A stretch of 64,000 bases of DNA from Chrysomallon squamiferum (taxonomy: Eukaryota > Animalia > Mollusca), in contig CM022667.1 in NCBI GenBank assembly GCA_012295275.1, positions 3,100,001-3,164,000 on the forward strand. The letters run 5' to 3'. Shown piece by piece: positions 36,701-58,616 of this stretch (the stretch's first letter is position 1; every line of letters begins with the position of its first letter). The position numbers were made by a program, and so were the translations under genes. The notes below the pieces were generated by a model. It saw only the letters and a list, made by a program, of their open reading frames with translations, made no database searches and was not told the origin of the DNA.

Positions 36701-38117
36701 AACAAACATACACTCCTATAAAACACTTTCTGTTAGAGATTCTCCATAAGTTTTATCATTAAATTTACTAAAAACTTGATCTGTGTTTTATTGCAGCTTA
36801 AGGAATATTAGTTTGATTAAAAAATGACAGTTTATAAATAAAAAATAAATAAATAAATAAAAATGTTTATGAATTTAAATCAGTATTTTGTGTATGAATA
36901 AATACTTGGTTTTTCAGTCTAGTTCAAAGAAAATATTGGCTGTGATGTGTTTTCATTTAGTCATTTATATATAGATTTAGTTTGTAGATATCTCTATAAT
37001 ATATTCTTCTAAATCAGTTTTGTTTTAAATAGAAAACCCTGTTTCTGTTTCCATTTAAACAGGCATTCACATAGATATAGATGTACTTACAGACTGTAGA
37101 TAGATACCTTCATAATATATTCTTCTAAATCAGTTTTGCTTTAAATATAAAACCTAGTTTCTGTTTCCACTTAAACAGGCATTCATATAGATCTAGATAT
37201 AGATACAGACTGTAGACAGATACCTTTATAATATATTCTTATAAATCAATTTTGTTTTAAATACCTTTATAATATAGTCTTATAGATCAATTTTGTTTTA
37301 AATATAATGCTCAGTTTCTGTTTTCACTTAAACAGGCCTTCGCGTGGTTGCAACCTGATGATACAGTGATATCTCCTCCATCTTACGAAGAGGCTACCAG
37401 CTCTGTCACAGACCTGCCGAGATTGAACCCACCAGATGTTGTCCACAACCCACCTGTCAATTCATCTGTCAGTTCTTCAGGTGTAGAAAATAAATCAGAG
37501 AATCAGACCGTGACCTTGTTAGTGACGTCATCAATGGCATCACCGGTGACATCATTGTCAACAGCTGCAGAGGATTCTACAGAGAGTGGGGCAGCCAGTA
37601 GCCCCCTGACAGTAAGGAGCCTTGGGGAGGAGGCTTATGAATCAGATTTGAATCCAATATTGTCAGATCAAACAAATACAGTTGTCACAGAATCTGGATC
37701 TCTTGCTGATGTTGATGATGATGACGATGAAGACAGTGACATGGACAGTTCTGTTATAGATTCAGTTACAACCCCTGTTCCTGGATCGCCAGAATCCACC
37801 CAACGATCCACTCCTGAATTAAATCGATTCCCTTCGTCTAGTTCAGTTTCTCTTGTGATCAGTGAAGCTGACAATGTGATTGGCACAAATGCAGCTGACA
37901 ATTATGGTTGTGAAACTCATAGCCAAAGTGGATTTACTCCAAATGTATGCCAGGGGAGATAATTCCAAATAGGGAGCATGATACAGATGGAACTCCAAAC
38001 AGCAGTCAGGTGGAGGTAACTCCAGATAGCTGTCAGGAGGAGATAACCCCAGATGTGCACCAGGTGCAGGTAACTCCAGCCAGGAGAGTGCCAAGACAAG
38101 AATCAAGAAATGTTTAA
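24584..38117 (+). CDS. Type I membrane protein: signal peptide, three CUB-like domains, one LDLa, TM, cytoplasmic tail with two PPxY motifs (~816 aa if two apparent frameshifts are corrected)
   Basis: Exons 24584-24617, 25021-25062 (MSCKIWLAVFIVVCFTLNEA), 26227-26473, 27889-28064, 28854-29044 (IHSPFFPHLY..VQLIFDDW), 29511-29673 (GFKATY), 29982-30011, 30441-30599 (DCVWVV), 31097-31294 (EIRDG), 31891-32007 (LDLa, CDGYDHCGDNSDE), 35866-36068 (TM IGVIIPMVVSIFLIVVICLLIIFI-RRCRR), 36453-36559 (PPAY), 37336-37962/38117 (PPSY). Phases are consistent except near 36028 and 37955. Confidence 0.88.
25431..25612. repeat. (ATGT)n + (GT)n compound microsatellite
   Basis: Visible. Confidence 0.95.
25995..26218. 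repeat. (TTTTAA)n hexanucleotide repeat abutting the acceptor at 26226
   Basis: Visible. Confidence 0.9.
28158..28625. repeat. 27-bp minisatellite, ~17 copies (AGGAATATTCTGCATAGAATTATAGTA)
   Basis: Period is visible in DNA and as RNILHRIIV repeats in ORFs 28184-28645(+) and 28210-28608(-); intronic. Confidence 0.92.
29737..29870. repeat. ~40-bp minisatellite x3
   Basis: AAATAACTGAATTTTTTAAAATAAAGTTTTGTGATTTT repeated. Confidence 0.85.
36975..37342 (+). repeat. ~116-bp tandem repeat x3 containing the terminal-exon splice acceptor
   Basis: GTTTCTGTTTCCA(C/T)TTAAACAG|GC(A/C)TTC, with AG ending at 37062, 37178 and 37335. Confidence 0.88.
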
Positions 38118-38607
38118 CTAGAGAAATGTTATTTTCTTTTCCAAACAACAGAGACCAGGATTCATTTGTGTAAATTACTTTTTGCTTTGAATTTTTAGAC
38201 GATACCTTGAATGCAGTCATATCATATCAAGGACTTGGATTCTGTGTGTTGCAGGTTGTGCCCATGACTCCTAACAGTTGTTATATATCATAAAATAATA
38301 TATATGCAGGTCAAGAGGTGTGATATCAGTCTTTATTTATTCCAGATGTTTCACTGATGTTGTTGTTGTTATTATTATTATTATTGGTATTTTTTTTTTC
38401 ATTTTTTTTCATTATGCTGAGCATTCTTTCATTTTAAAATTTGTATCCTACACAATGATGATGCTCTTTCCCTTGTCAGAAGTCCTGGAAATATTCCTGG
38501 TGTGATAATTGTTTTATTAATTACTGCTGAAGTTAATTATCAAGTAATTACCATATTTTATTAATTAATGTCTGGTACATTTCAGTGCTAAAATATTTTC
38601 CAGTAAA

Positions 38608-38642
<35 letters not shown>

Positions 38643-41003
38643 TACATACAAAAATAATTAGAATTTAAATTTACATAAGAATATATATATATAATTATAT
38701 TTTAATTGTCTTTTTTTTTATTAATATGGACATTTAGTAACTTTAAGAAGTATATACTAAATTATGAATTTATTAATACTATTTATATTCCTGAAATTTT
38801 TATGCTCTGTTCATATATTATTATTTTTAATGTTTTTAAACAGATTTAAACAGTTTTACTCCACTAGAATTTTTTATGACATGTATTTAATTATGTTTAT
38901 ATATTTTGAAGAAAAAAGATATACATGCTTTATATGCATTATACACTTACTATATATTTCAGTAATATAATGTGATTTTAATACTTTGTTTAATTTTAGA
39001 TTAATTTTATGAATGTGTGTGTGTTTGTGTGTGTGTGTTTATGTGTGTGTGTGTGTCTGTATGTTGACATGTTTAATTAAAAATGTTATATAACAAGTAA
39101 GCATGAAATATTTCCTCTTTTTTTAAAGTAGACTGTAAAATTATTTTTATTTTTGTTGTTATTATTATTATTATTGTTATTATTATTTATTATTGTTGGT
39201 ATTGTTTTCTGTTACTTTTCAAACAAAATGTGGTAAAAAAAGAAAGAGAAGGAATTTCTATATTTCTTCTGTTTGATCTGTGAATCAATTTAAAAGTATC
39301 TTTTCTTGATATCTTTAAGATATATAAAAAAATATTAATAATAATTATTATTAAAAAATTTATGTGCAGTTTAAACCATGGTTGTTTTACTAGTATTTTG
39401 TAAATATATTTTTATGTTGCAGTTTTGATCTTTTTATAGTTTTATTTTTATTTATTTTATTAATCATGATCTACCTAAAACATTTAGGTTTGTTTTATTC
39501 AGGATATCAAAAACGAGCACATTTTTGTTCTATTCAGGTTACCCAATCATAAATAATTGTTTCATTTGAGATAACTAAGAACATTTGTTTCATTGCTGGG
39601 TATCAAGATAGTTGCATTTCTTTTTATCAAGGACATCTGTGTATGTATGGATATTGATGCTGTTGTGTGTGGGTGTATGCTGAGTTTTGTAAGGATCCAG
39701 AAATTTACATTTATTTTATTTAGAATCCACAAACACATTAATTTACTTTATTGTTCATTTCCTTTCCATTATTTCCATTTGTTTTTTTTTCATATAAATG
39801 TCTTTGTATTTAGGATATTTGTTTTATTCAGACTTTCTTTCTAAAATATATATTTTAATGTTTGTTATTATTATTATTATGATTATTATTTAATTTATTT
39901 ATTTTTTTTATTTTTATTTTTTAAATTTTCAGTTTTGTCTGAAAAAACCATCAGTTTTGTTCATGATAAAAACACACATTTTATGTTCAGGATGTCTAAA
40001 TATACATATTTGGTGATACTCTGTTTACAAATATGAAATTTATAAAGTTGTATGTAATTATTGTATAATTATCTGCATTGAAAATTTTTTTATTAACTAA
40101 ACCACATCATAGTTTTTAACTGAGTGACATAGTTTTAATTTGTGAGTTTTAATCTTAATTGGCCACTTTTTTTTTTTTTTGTTTTTTACTTATGCTAAAA
40201 TCTAAGAATTTATTTTTTGAGGTGTGTGTGTGTGTGTGAATTTTTTTTCTTCTTCACATTTTCATTCAGTTTTTATCAAATATAAACAAAGGTTGTTTTT
40301 AGTTTGTTTTGGGGCTTTTATTGAAGAAAAAAAAAATTGTAAAAATATTTTTAAAAATTTGTAATGTAATTAAACATTCGTAAGTAATGGTCTTCCATCA
40401 TATCATATGAAGCTGTTATTGTTTTGAGAAAAATATTTTAAAAATATTTAAATAAAATTGTTTTTTTCCCAAGATATAAAATATTTAAAAAAAAAAAAAA
40501 AAAAAAAATGTTATGAATCATTCATAAGTAACTGAACGAAGCAGACTTGTTTTTGTGAAATATTTTACATTTTTGTGTGATGTGTGAAAAATGTGTTTTT
40601 GCTCAAGTTTTAATATATGCAAAGTAGAAATGATAAATTCTTGTTTTCAACAGGGCTTTGTTCAGTAAAGGCTCCTTGGAAATAGATCACGTTTTAATCT
40701 AGATAGCATTTGTTTAGATTTGCATTTAAAAAGAAATTGTTGCATATCATAAAAATATATATTTTTATAAATCAGACTTTTTTTGGTTTGAGTAATTATG
40801 TGTGTACATGTATGGTAAAAATAATGTGAATTAATATGAAGTATTTATATTGTTACCAGTAACATAAGCCTCCACATATGCATATCCAAGCACACACACC
40901 CACACAGACACATAACCACATTTTTCTAAAATGGAGTGAAATTTGGAAAACAGATTAGATAATTACAAAAATAAATTTTTATTCTTTTGTTGTCTTGTTT
41001 ATT

Positions 41004-41043
<40 letters not shown>

Positions 41044-42769
41044 CCAAAAATAAATTGATACTAATTATCAATTGTCCTTTACTTTATTTGATGTTGAATG
41101 TTTAACGTTGAACTGTATATCTGTGATCATTATTAATAATTTTTAAAATAAATATTATATTAAGGCTTTAATCCAAAGTATAACAATTTACCGTCTCTAA
41201 AATATGGTTATAAATTACTATTATTATAATCATTAAAGAACAAGAGATTTCATTGGTTAATAAATAAATCTATTATAAAACGGTGATTGTGATTGATCAG
41301 CTCGTTTGGTTGATAATGGTATGTGATTGGTTATTCTGGTAGAGAACCCATATTTGATTGGTTGCATTACATCATCATCATGATTACATCACCCAGTTAT
41401 TTTTATATTTTTAAGTTATAATTAAATTTAGATGATTTTAGCTGCTTTTTATTGACTTTATTCAAATTTAAAATAATATAAAAAAATTAAGAACTGAAAA
41501 TAGCAGATAATGCTATATTTTGTTAATATTGTTTGATTCATTTACAAATCTGATTAATAAAATGAAAATATGTATAAAATTCATGTTCTTGTGTTTTTTT
41601 ATTCATTTTTTTTTTATCAAATTTTTGGGTAAATGATATATTTTAATATTCATGTTTCATTTAGACAGACAGAAGAATATAATTTAGTTACAAAATAGAT
41701 GAAGAAATATCACAAAACAAGCCACTTTTATCCCCTATAATAAATACATTTTAATAATGTTTAAAAACGTTTTAACAGCATTTGTGTTTCTTTGCTTTTT
41801 TCTTTTTTTTTTTTCCGATAGTTTCAGTTTTTTAACAAAAATAGCAACAACAAAAAAAAAAAAAAAAAAAAAGTAATACACCCAAACACTGAAATAACGC
41901 CACTATAATAATAAAAATATTTTTTTTTTTAAAAGAAGAAAAAAGAAAAGAAAGAAAAAGAGAAAAAATAAAAGAATAAATAAAACTAAAACAACAAATA
42001 TAATTAATACAAAATAATAATTACAAACAAAACACTGCTATAACTAATAAAAATATTAAGTTGATAAACAATGCAACAAATAAAAAATAAATAATAGTAA
42101 ACATTATCTGTGGTAAAACTTTTTATTAAATCGGCAACAAATTTTAAAAATATAGATTATATGGGTTTATAGATGAGGCGTATGAAGAACGAATAATCTG
42201 TTAAGACAGCGAAAAGCACGTTCATAAAAAGACGTACAGAATATAATACAGCAGAAATATAAAACTGTCTCGACATACGAATATGTTTTGAAATTGATTA
42301 GAATAACATAATTGCTTAACATATATGACGTTTATTAGGACAAAAGGATATTCCAGTTTGATGGACATTTTTTGGCAAAAAAAAATGAACGAACGAAATA
42401 AAAATATCCTTTAAAGTATTCTGTTGTCATAAATGTGTGCATAATCAAAATATCTGGGGTATGATATAGTTTGTTTCAACGGTATATGTCCTAGTTTTGC
42501 TTTCTTTTGCTTTAGTTTGCTCGGTGAATTTATTAGTCAATACCATTACTTAGCGTTGAGAACATTTTATTTATTTATTTTTATTTTCAGTATCTCGGTT
42601 ACCAGAGAATCTTGACCTGAATTACTTAGAGAAACATCACAAAGGTAATTCCCTTGTATTCTCCGTGTATACAAATCATTGGTAAATAACGTACAGTGAA
42701 ATTTATTTTATTACCTGGTTGTGCGGAACGGGTTCAACATTGTTTTGGTTATCACACATCTCGTAATAC

Positions 42770-43300
42770 TTTCCTTATTTTTTAAAATTATTTATTAATT
42801 ATTTATTAATGTTATTCTAAAAGGGCTTGTAAATTTATAATATGTATAATATATATTTCGTGTAACTTTGCTTATTTATTTTGATAAATTATTTTTAATA
42901 TTATTTAAAAATCATTTAAAAGAGGCTTGTAAATTTTAATGTAACGTATTACCTACATCGCATTAAAGTGGCTTATTTATGTTGATAAATTGTTTATTAA
43001 TCAAAAAAACAAAAAAAGCACGTTAAAGCTTTCAAAAGATGGTTGTGTATTTATAATATGAATAACAACTAGTTCTCCTAAGTTCCCTTATTCTTTTTAA
43101 TAAATTATTTATTAATGTTATTAAAAATACTTTAAAAAAATAATCCAATTCAACAGAGGCTTGTATATTTATAACAGAAAAACGTACTACATATATATCG
43201 TGTAACATTCTTCTTATTATTTTTTAATAAATTATTTATTAATGTGAATAAAAATGCAATAATTTTATGAAATAATAAAAAAGTCTTGTAAATTTACAAA
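42770..43300. repeat. Degenerate ~100-120-bp tandem repeat x4-5
   Basis: Recurring TTATTTTTAATAAATTATTTATTAATG...AAGAGGCTTGTAAATTTATAA. Confidence 0.7.
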
Positions 43301-43687
43301 TGATTATGATTAAATACGATTGATAGCTGAATGCATATTGAATAATTTATATTCTGAACGTACGTATTTTCGTTCGCTGTTTTCCGATCTCGGATTAATA
43401 CATACTGTACTGATTAGTAAATAGAAACGATTTTACAGATAATGATACCATTTTAAATGAAACACCAAACACTAAAACAAATAAATGTATAACCATAAAA
43501 AAAATAAAATAAAAAAAAGGGCTTTATTCATTTTATTGTATTTTGCGTTGTAACACCCCAACACGAATAAAATCAGGAATTATGAATGTCGTAATTGTTG
43601 TAATTGTTGCAACAGTTTTAATACAGACATTATCCATAATAAAATAATTATTAAATCATATTAAATTGCAATACATACATACATATG

Positions 43688-43730
<43 letters not shown>

Positions 43731-44710
43731 TGTTTTATATATATATATATATATATGCATGTATGTATGCATGTATGTATGTATGTATGCATGTATGTAT
43801 GTATGTATGTATGTATGTATGTATGTATGTATGTATGTACGATTGTTTTGGGGGAAATGTAATGGACATATGATTAAAATTCCGATTTTCTTTAAAGCTA
43901 GAATACTTTTTTTTTTTTTAAACGGAGCAAGCAGAAACATTTTAACAAGAACAATGATAAACTTTAAAATGATCACAAACACACATTAAAAACAGTTATC
44001 ACAAAAAAATATCATATACTTTACACAAGGCAACGCAGTCACTTTGACGATCGATTAATCAGGGCCGGTGCAACCGTAAATAAAAGACGCGATCACCTAG
44101 CGCCCCCCACCATCTTGCAGGATGCCACGATTTTTGGCAACAGAGTCAGAAACGAGATTAACATTGTAACTCTTCTTCAATTGCACTTTACAGTTTTGTA
44201 CACGATCAACAGTCGTAACGTCAACAACAGTTCCAGGAAAGCAACAAACAGTAACATATTTATACACACTTTACACCTCCCCCGTGTTTTCCTAAGATTA
44301 GTACATGGACACGATTGGGTAATATTAGTTTAACCATGACATCATAATTACGCCAGAATGATGTCATAAATATGTGTTCATTTTTTTTTTTTTTTTTTAA
44401 TGAAAAAAGGTTGGAATAATGATAGAACTCTATGACGTCATAAATAATGTCAGAATGATGTCATAAATATCTCATTATTACTATACCTTGTAACTATGAA
44501 TACTCCTCCTTGCTTCATCATCACACATTTCGCACTGTGACGTCGTTTTCCCTCCGAATTTTATTGTTTTTCATAATGGTTAACTGACAGTTCTATCTGA
44601 TGTTTATGATTGTTTTATTAATGCCGTGACGTCAGTAATAATCAATGTCTGAAATATTAATATCTGCGGTTTATTAATGTCTACTTTCTGTTATCACTGA
44701 AACAGGTCTA

Positions 44711-53197
<8,487 letters not shown>

Positions 53198-53346
53198 TTC
53201 AAGGTCACCGCTAATCAAACGAAATATTGACATTCAGTACACATCAAGGTGTTAGGTGTTATTATTGTATTTAAAGACGATTTGGTGGATAAGTCTCTGA
53301 ACATTAGAGGTTTATTATTTATACTGGTTGTATACATATAATGTTT

Positions 53347-53381
<35 letters not shown>

Positions 53382-54125
53382 TATTTTATTCTGCTTCAGT
53401 ATGGTGAAAATTATTAACAATTTTTAAAATACATTATTACATGCATTATTATTATTATTAATATTCTTATTAAAACGTTTCATTTTCAAAAGTTTATATG
53501 CATTAACTGTTATATATACAGAACAACATATTTCATCATTTTGTTTTTTTTTTTTTTTCTCCCCGACAACATCATAAAACTGCAAAAAGACTGTGGCACT
53601 GGTTTTAGTCAAGGGTATGCATATGCTGGCAACAATCGTTATTGTTCAATATATGTATCTGAGACATAATAACCTCTATACAATAAAGATATTAAAATTC
53701 AATAAACTTTTACTGAGAGATAATAACTAACAGTGTTTGTAAATCCTTATTTTGCATAGCATAGATTAAATAGCTCTAAAACGTTTATGACTGTAATAAA
53801 GAGGATTTTATTGAGCTACGATCGGTCTCGTACAAAGAGCAGATCGAATTTTTATGATTTCAGCCACAACAGCGAGAATGTTTGAGTTGATTTTTTTTAT
53901 TAATTTATTTATGTATTTATTTATTGTTTGTGATGATGATGATGACGATTATTATTATTACTATTATTATTATTGTTGTTGTTGTCGTCGTTGTTGTTGT
54001 TATTAATATTTTATTATTATTATCATTATTATTATTATTGTTGTTGTTGTTGTCGTTGTTATTAATATTTTATTATTATTATTATTGTTGTTGTTGTTGT
54101 CATTAATATTTTTATTATTATTATT

Positions 54126-54167
<42 letters not shown>

Positions 54168-54528
54168 ATTATTATTATTATTATTATTATTTTAAACACA
54201 ATTTTTGCGATACTCGAGAAGCTGAACGAGATTTCGGTTTCTGCTTCAGGCTTCTAGCAGTCTCCGCGGATCTGACGTTCGGCAGAAAAGAGCGCGTTCA
54301 AGACTCATCTGAGGCGTGGTTTGCATTCTGCGAATACTGAAAAAGCAGAACTGGGTTTCCTGCGATACAGTGATCAAATAAAACAACGTGTTTTCACTAC
54401 ACCTGTACAGACATCTTGTTCTTGTTGTTCACCTAATTTGTGAAAACAATGGATACAGATTTTTAAAAATATACACTAAGGTATGTAGGTTTGAAAGGTG
54501 CGGTTTTTTTTCTTTGATCTCTTTAAGG

Positions 54529-54602
<74 letters not shown>

Positions 54603-56747
54603 GTCTATCTATCTATCTGTCTATGTTTCTGACAGCATCTACGTCTTTCAGTGAATAAAAGGACAGACAAGTCATTTTATTTAATTAAATTTCTTTATAT
54701 AATGTAATAATCGCAGACTTATTTATTTATTTATTTATTTTAATAATTTTAATTAATTTATTATATACACACACGCATATATATATCGATATATATTTAT
54801 ATATATATATATATATATTGTATATACACACGCATATATATATCGATTTCGTCTTCAGATTGTATCTTCAGGTTTGACTTATGCGGTATTCAGTTTCTGT
54901 TGTTATCTACATTTGCAAAAACACCCAACTAGAAATGAAATAGTTGTGTAAATAAAGATTCAGTAACGACCTGTCAAAAGCATTTTAAATACATTAACGC
55001 CAGCCAAGATAACCGTCGACTGGTTATTTACTTTATTGTAAAATCCCTGATAGCAACAGATAAAAGCTAAAATTGGTAACACCAGCGCACGCGTAGCTGT
55101 CAATCAATGACGTAACTCATTTGCAACGGACGGTAACTCTCATTTACACGGGACACGTCACTCCGGACATGATTGACAACTGTAAATAACGTTTTAAGTG
55201 GTTAGAACTTTAACTACAGACGTCCGAGTGGAAGAATTACAAACAAACTGCACTACTGATCTGCGAAATTAGGTACCAGCAAGATTTGAAGCTCGGTTTG
55301 AGAGATAATATCTAAGAAAAACTTGCGTATGACTTAGGTGTCAAAATGTCAAAACTGATGTTGATTGCTGCAGCGATAAGGAAGAGCGCGAATCGAGATT
55401 ACCTTAAACATTCTGGTAAATTGTAAATAAAGTACTTATGTTACCGGCCAACCATTAAAACGTCAAAACAAAAATTAAATTTATATTTAAAAAAATAAAT
55501 ATAAACGGAACTCATATAACGCTGTTCTGGGTTATCTGGTCTATCTTATACACATCAAAATAAAATAAATTTATATTAAAATGTATGTAAATAATCATAA
55601 AATAACGATAAATACCACACCTGAGATTTATTTCCTGACAAAAATGTATATTTAGGAGAAAAAAAAATATGTGTTCCACGTCTTTGATTAAATAAATAAA
55701 AAAAAACACAAACATTCTGGCTGAAATCATAAAAAGTATATCTGTTCTTAGCCCGATGAAATATCTTCTTTATATACAGTTACAAAATAAAGCTAAATAT
55801 CAAATGACCGATGAAAAGATATTAAACTTGAAAGAGGCCATCTTAGAGTCTACTTTGATAAATATAATTTATAAACTGTGACTAAATTCAAGCGTACCTA
55901 AAAATAATTTTAGTCACAATTCTCAGTTGAAATCTCAACCCTAAACTCAGTATGCAAGGAAATGCTAGATTTGAAATTGTTTAAACGTAATTTTTTTTTA
56001 TTCATAATATATATCAATTTTATGTATAATCTACTTTACGTAACAATTTTTACATGTACATATATTTTTATTTTTATTTATTTTTTCTCTTTTCGGCATG
56101 GCATATGGTATATTATAATACATGGTTTTTCAAAATCCTCTATTCCCGGAAACATTTCTGTAAAAGCCCACGCAAATGGTGAGAGAAAAAAACAAAAACA
56201 AAAATACAAACATATTTGTAGTAAATTTTACAGCTACTTCAACTTTTTAGCAGAAATGAATGTTTTATGTGTTCATTCCCATGGAAAGAATATTACTCGT
56301 TAACCAGCCATGGATGATTTGGTTTGAAACGAGCAACTTAAGAAATCATTTTCCCAACCTTTAATCCCGAAGCAAGACTACTTTCTACTTCAAAAAAAAA
56401 AAAAACGGTGTTTAACTCTGAGAGTTAATTACACGAATTGCTCGAAACAGAAGAAAAACAGTTTCCCATGATCGCCTTCACACGATGAATTTTTGTTGTC
56501 TTTGCAAAGAAAGTCCCGGAAAGAATTTTCCGAGTGGCTGGCAAATCAATTGGGCATTTAATTTTCTAAATAATTACACGGTAAAAGAAAGAATGCCCGC
56601 GCTATTGACAGCCTTCGCGAGGAACAACGTGACACCTGCCACGTCGCGTCTGGCGCGGCGAGCCAGCAATGTACACTGAACACACGTGCACGCTAAAAAG
56701 CGAGCGAAGCGTTCGGCGAAACACGCCTTAGTTCTTCTTGTTCTCTC

Positions 56748-56830
56748 TCATTCGCTGCAAACTACTGTGACTAATGTACACAAACACTGCACACTACTGC
56801 AGCAGCCGGCAATGGCTTTTAAATATGTAG
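56748..56830 (+). other. Candidate first exon of an unidentified plus-strand gene (MAFKYV...)
   Basis: CpG-rich block 56480-56850, Inr-like TCATTC at 56748, ATG in good context (GCAATGG) at 56812, perfect donor TAG|GTAAGT at 56830/56831; no downstream exon recognised. Confidence 0.4.
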
Positions 56831-57154
56831 GTAAGTAAGCGAGCCGGGCTGATTCAGAAATCTGTGAGAAAAAGAAATTCAGAAATCTTGGTGCATTTTT
56901 TGTTTTTTTTCGGGGGTGGTTATTGTTTGTTTATTTTGTTTATTTTTTTTTTTTTTTTTTTGCCTTCCAGTTTAGCAAGTCATTTTCACATCATATTTTT
57001 AAAGCCTTGTTTAGTACATGTATGCATTACCACAGAATAACCTAGAATAATAATAATAATAATAATAAATGAAGGCAAATATTAATTGCGTGCTGTCATT
57101 AACACTTTTTCAGATACTTCTGACATAACAGGGCAGGAAAGTTTATTATTATTA

Positions 57155-57201
<47 letters not shown>

Positions 57202-57977
57202 GTGACACATGATATGGTCAATGAAAAATTAAATTCGCAACTTCATTAAATTGGTTCAGTTAAAAACTGGTAACACAGTATCATTTGGAGAATGAGAATA
57301 GATGGGTTTTTTTTTCCTTTCCTTCGGACCATAATGATATGTTTTCACACCGTACCCTTTCCCATCTTAAACAATATGTTATTCTCTGATTTTGGTCGTA
57401 AATCTATACCTCACAATTATCGTTCTGTTTTATCATTATCAAAATTGTTTTAATGTACAGTAACAATTAAGCTGGGGGTCTTATATTTTGGAAAGAAATA
57501 GAAGTATATTCCTTAGGGTTATTCAGCCAGTTTAATCATTATTTAGATTGTTTTGATTCGAGATTGTATAAACATGACGGCCGTCAATATTTCTGGTACA
57601 ATTTGTATAAAGTGGTGATTCCTAGCGCGGTTATTGGTTAACCTAGGTTAAGACAACCATAAATGATATTAGTTATTATGAAAATAACAATACTTTGAGT
57701 TATGTTATCGATTTCAACAGAGTCAGTTGCATTAAGACAGAGAAGAACATAAATAAATAAATGAATAAATAAATAAATAAACAAACAAACAAAACCAAAC
57801 TTTGTTCAGCAACTAATGTCATGATCTTGTCTTGTAGTAAATGAGACTTCGTCAGGGTAACGGCTGTTAGCAGTATAAGTTTAGATGCACTGTTCATGTT
57901 TAACAAGCGAAACCATCATCTGAAACCTTGCATAATACAAGACCACATCCCTGGTTTAATCTCTAACAGAGACTAGA

Positions 57978-58068
57978 ATTAACGACTGAGATTCTTAAAT
58001 CGTATATAATTAACGACTGAGATTCTTAAATCGTATATAATTAACGACTGAGATTCTTAAATCGTATA
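57978..58068. repeat. ~30-bp minisatellite x3 (ATTAACGACTGAGATTCTTAAATCGTATATA)
   Basis: Three near-perfect units. Confidence 0.92.
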
Positions 58069-58471
58069 TGTATATCTTTGCATGTCGTGTACATCTTTGC
58101 GAGCGTTCAGACTCTTCAAATATCACCATGCCATTATACAGATGTTTGAAACACCCAGTGGTAAACATTAGTTCTATTTTCAGTTCTCGAAAACCACCGA
58201 GTGTTGTAACCTGCAACAGCTAATAGTTTTCCTCGAAGGAACCTAACATTGCAGCCGAGGGAGTACTAACGAGACTGTTTCACCTCCAGCTTCCGATTTC
58301 CACTGAATTTCTAAGAAGTAATTCAGAAATCATAGTTCTGTTACTTTCTGTGGTAAATAAAGTCTTCTAAATATGGAGGATTTTTATTCATAAAGAGTTT
58401 TATAATTTAAAAACATTTTTTTTTTTTTTTTCTGTCATATGTTACCGTTGTCATCATTATCATCATCATCA

Positions 58472-58538
<67 letters not shown>

Positions 58539-58557
58539 GTACAAATTTAGCATCAAG

Positions 58558-58616
<59 letters not shown>

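Noticed and set aside
37953-37962. Programmed ribosomal frameshifting as the explanation for the CUB-gene frame breaks
   Set aside because: No X XXY YYZ slippery site or evident stimulatory structure; the sites are G-run or dinucleotide contexts typical of indel errors.
35862-38220. Minus-strand ORFs 35862-36065, 37668-37901, 37843-38220
   Set aside because: Antisense shadows of plus-strand coding exons.
44060-44110. CAGGGCCGG...GCGCCCCC MITE-like end (also 23416-23460)
   Set aside because: No matching inverted terminus or target-site duplication found.
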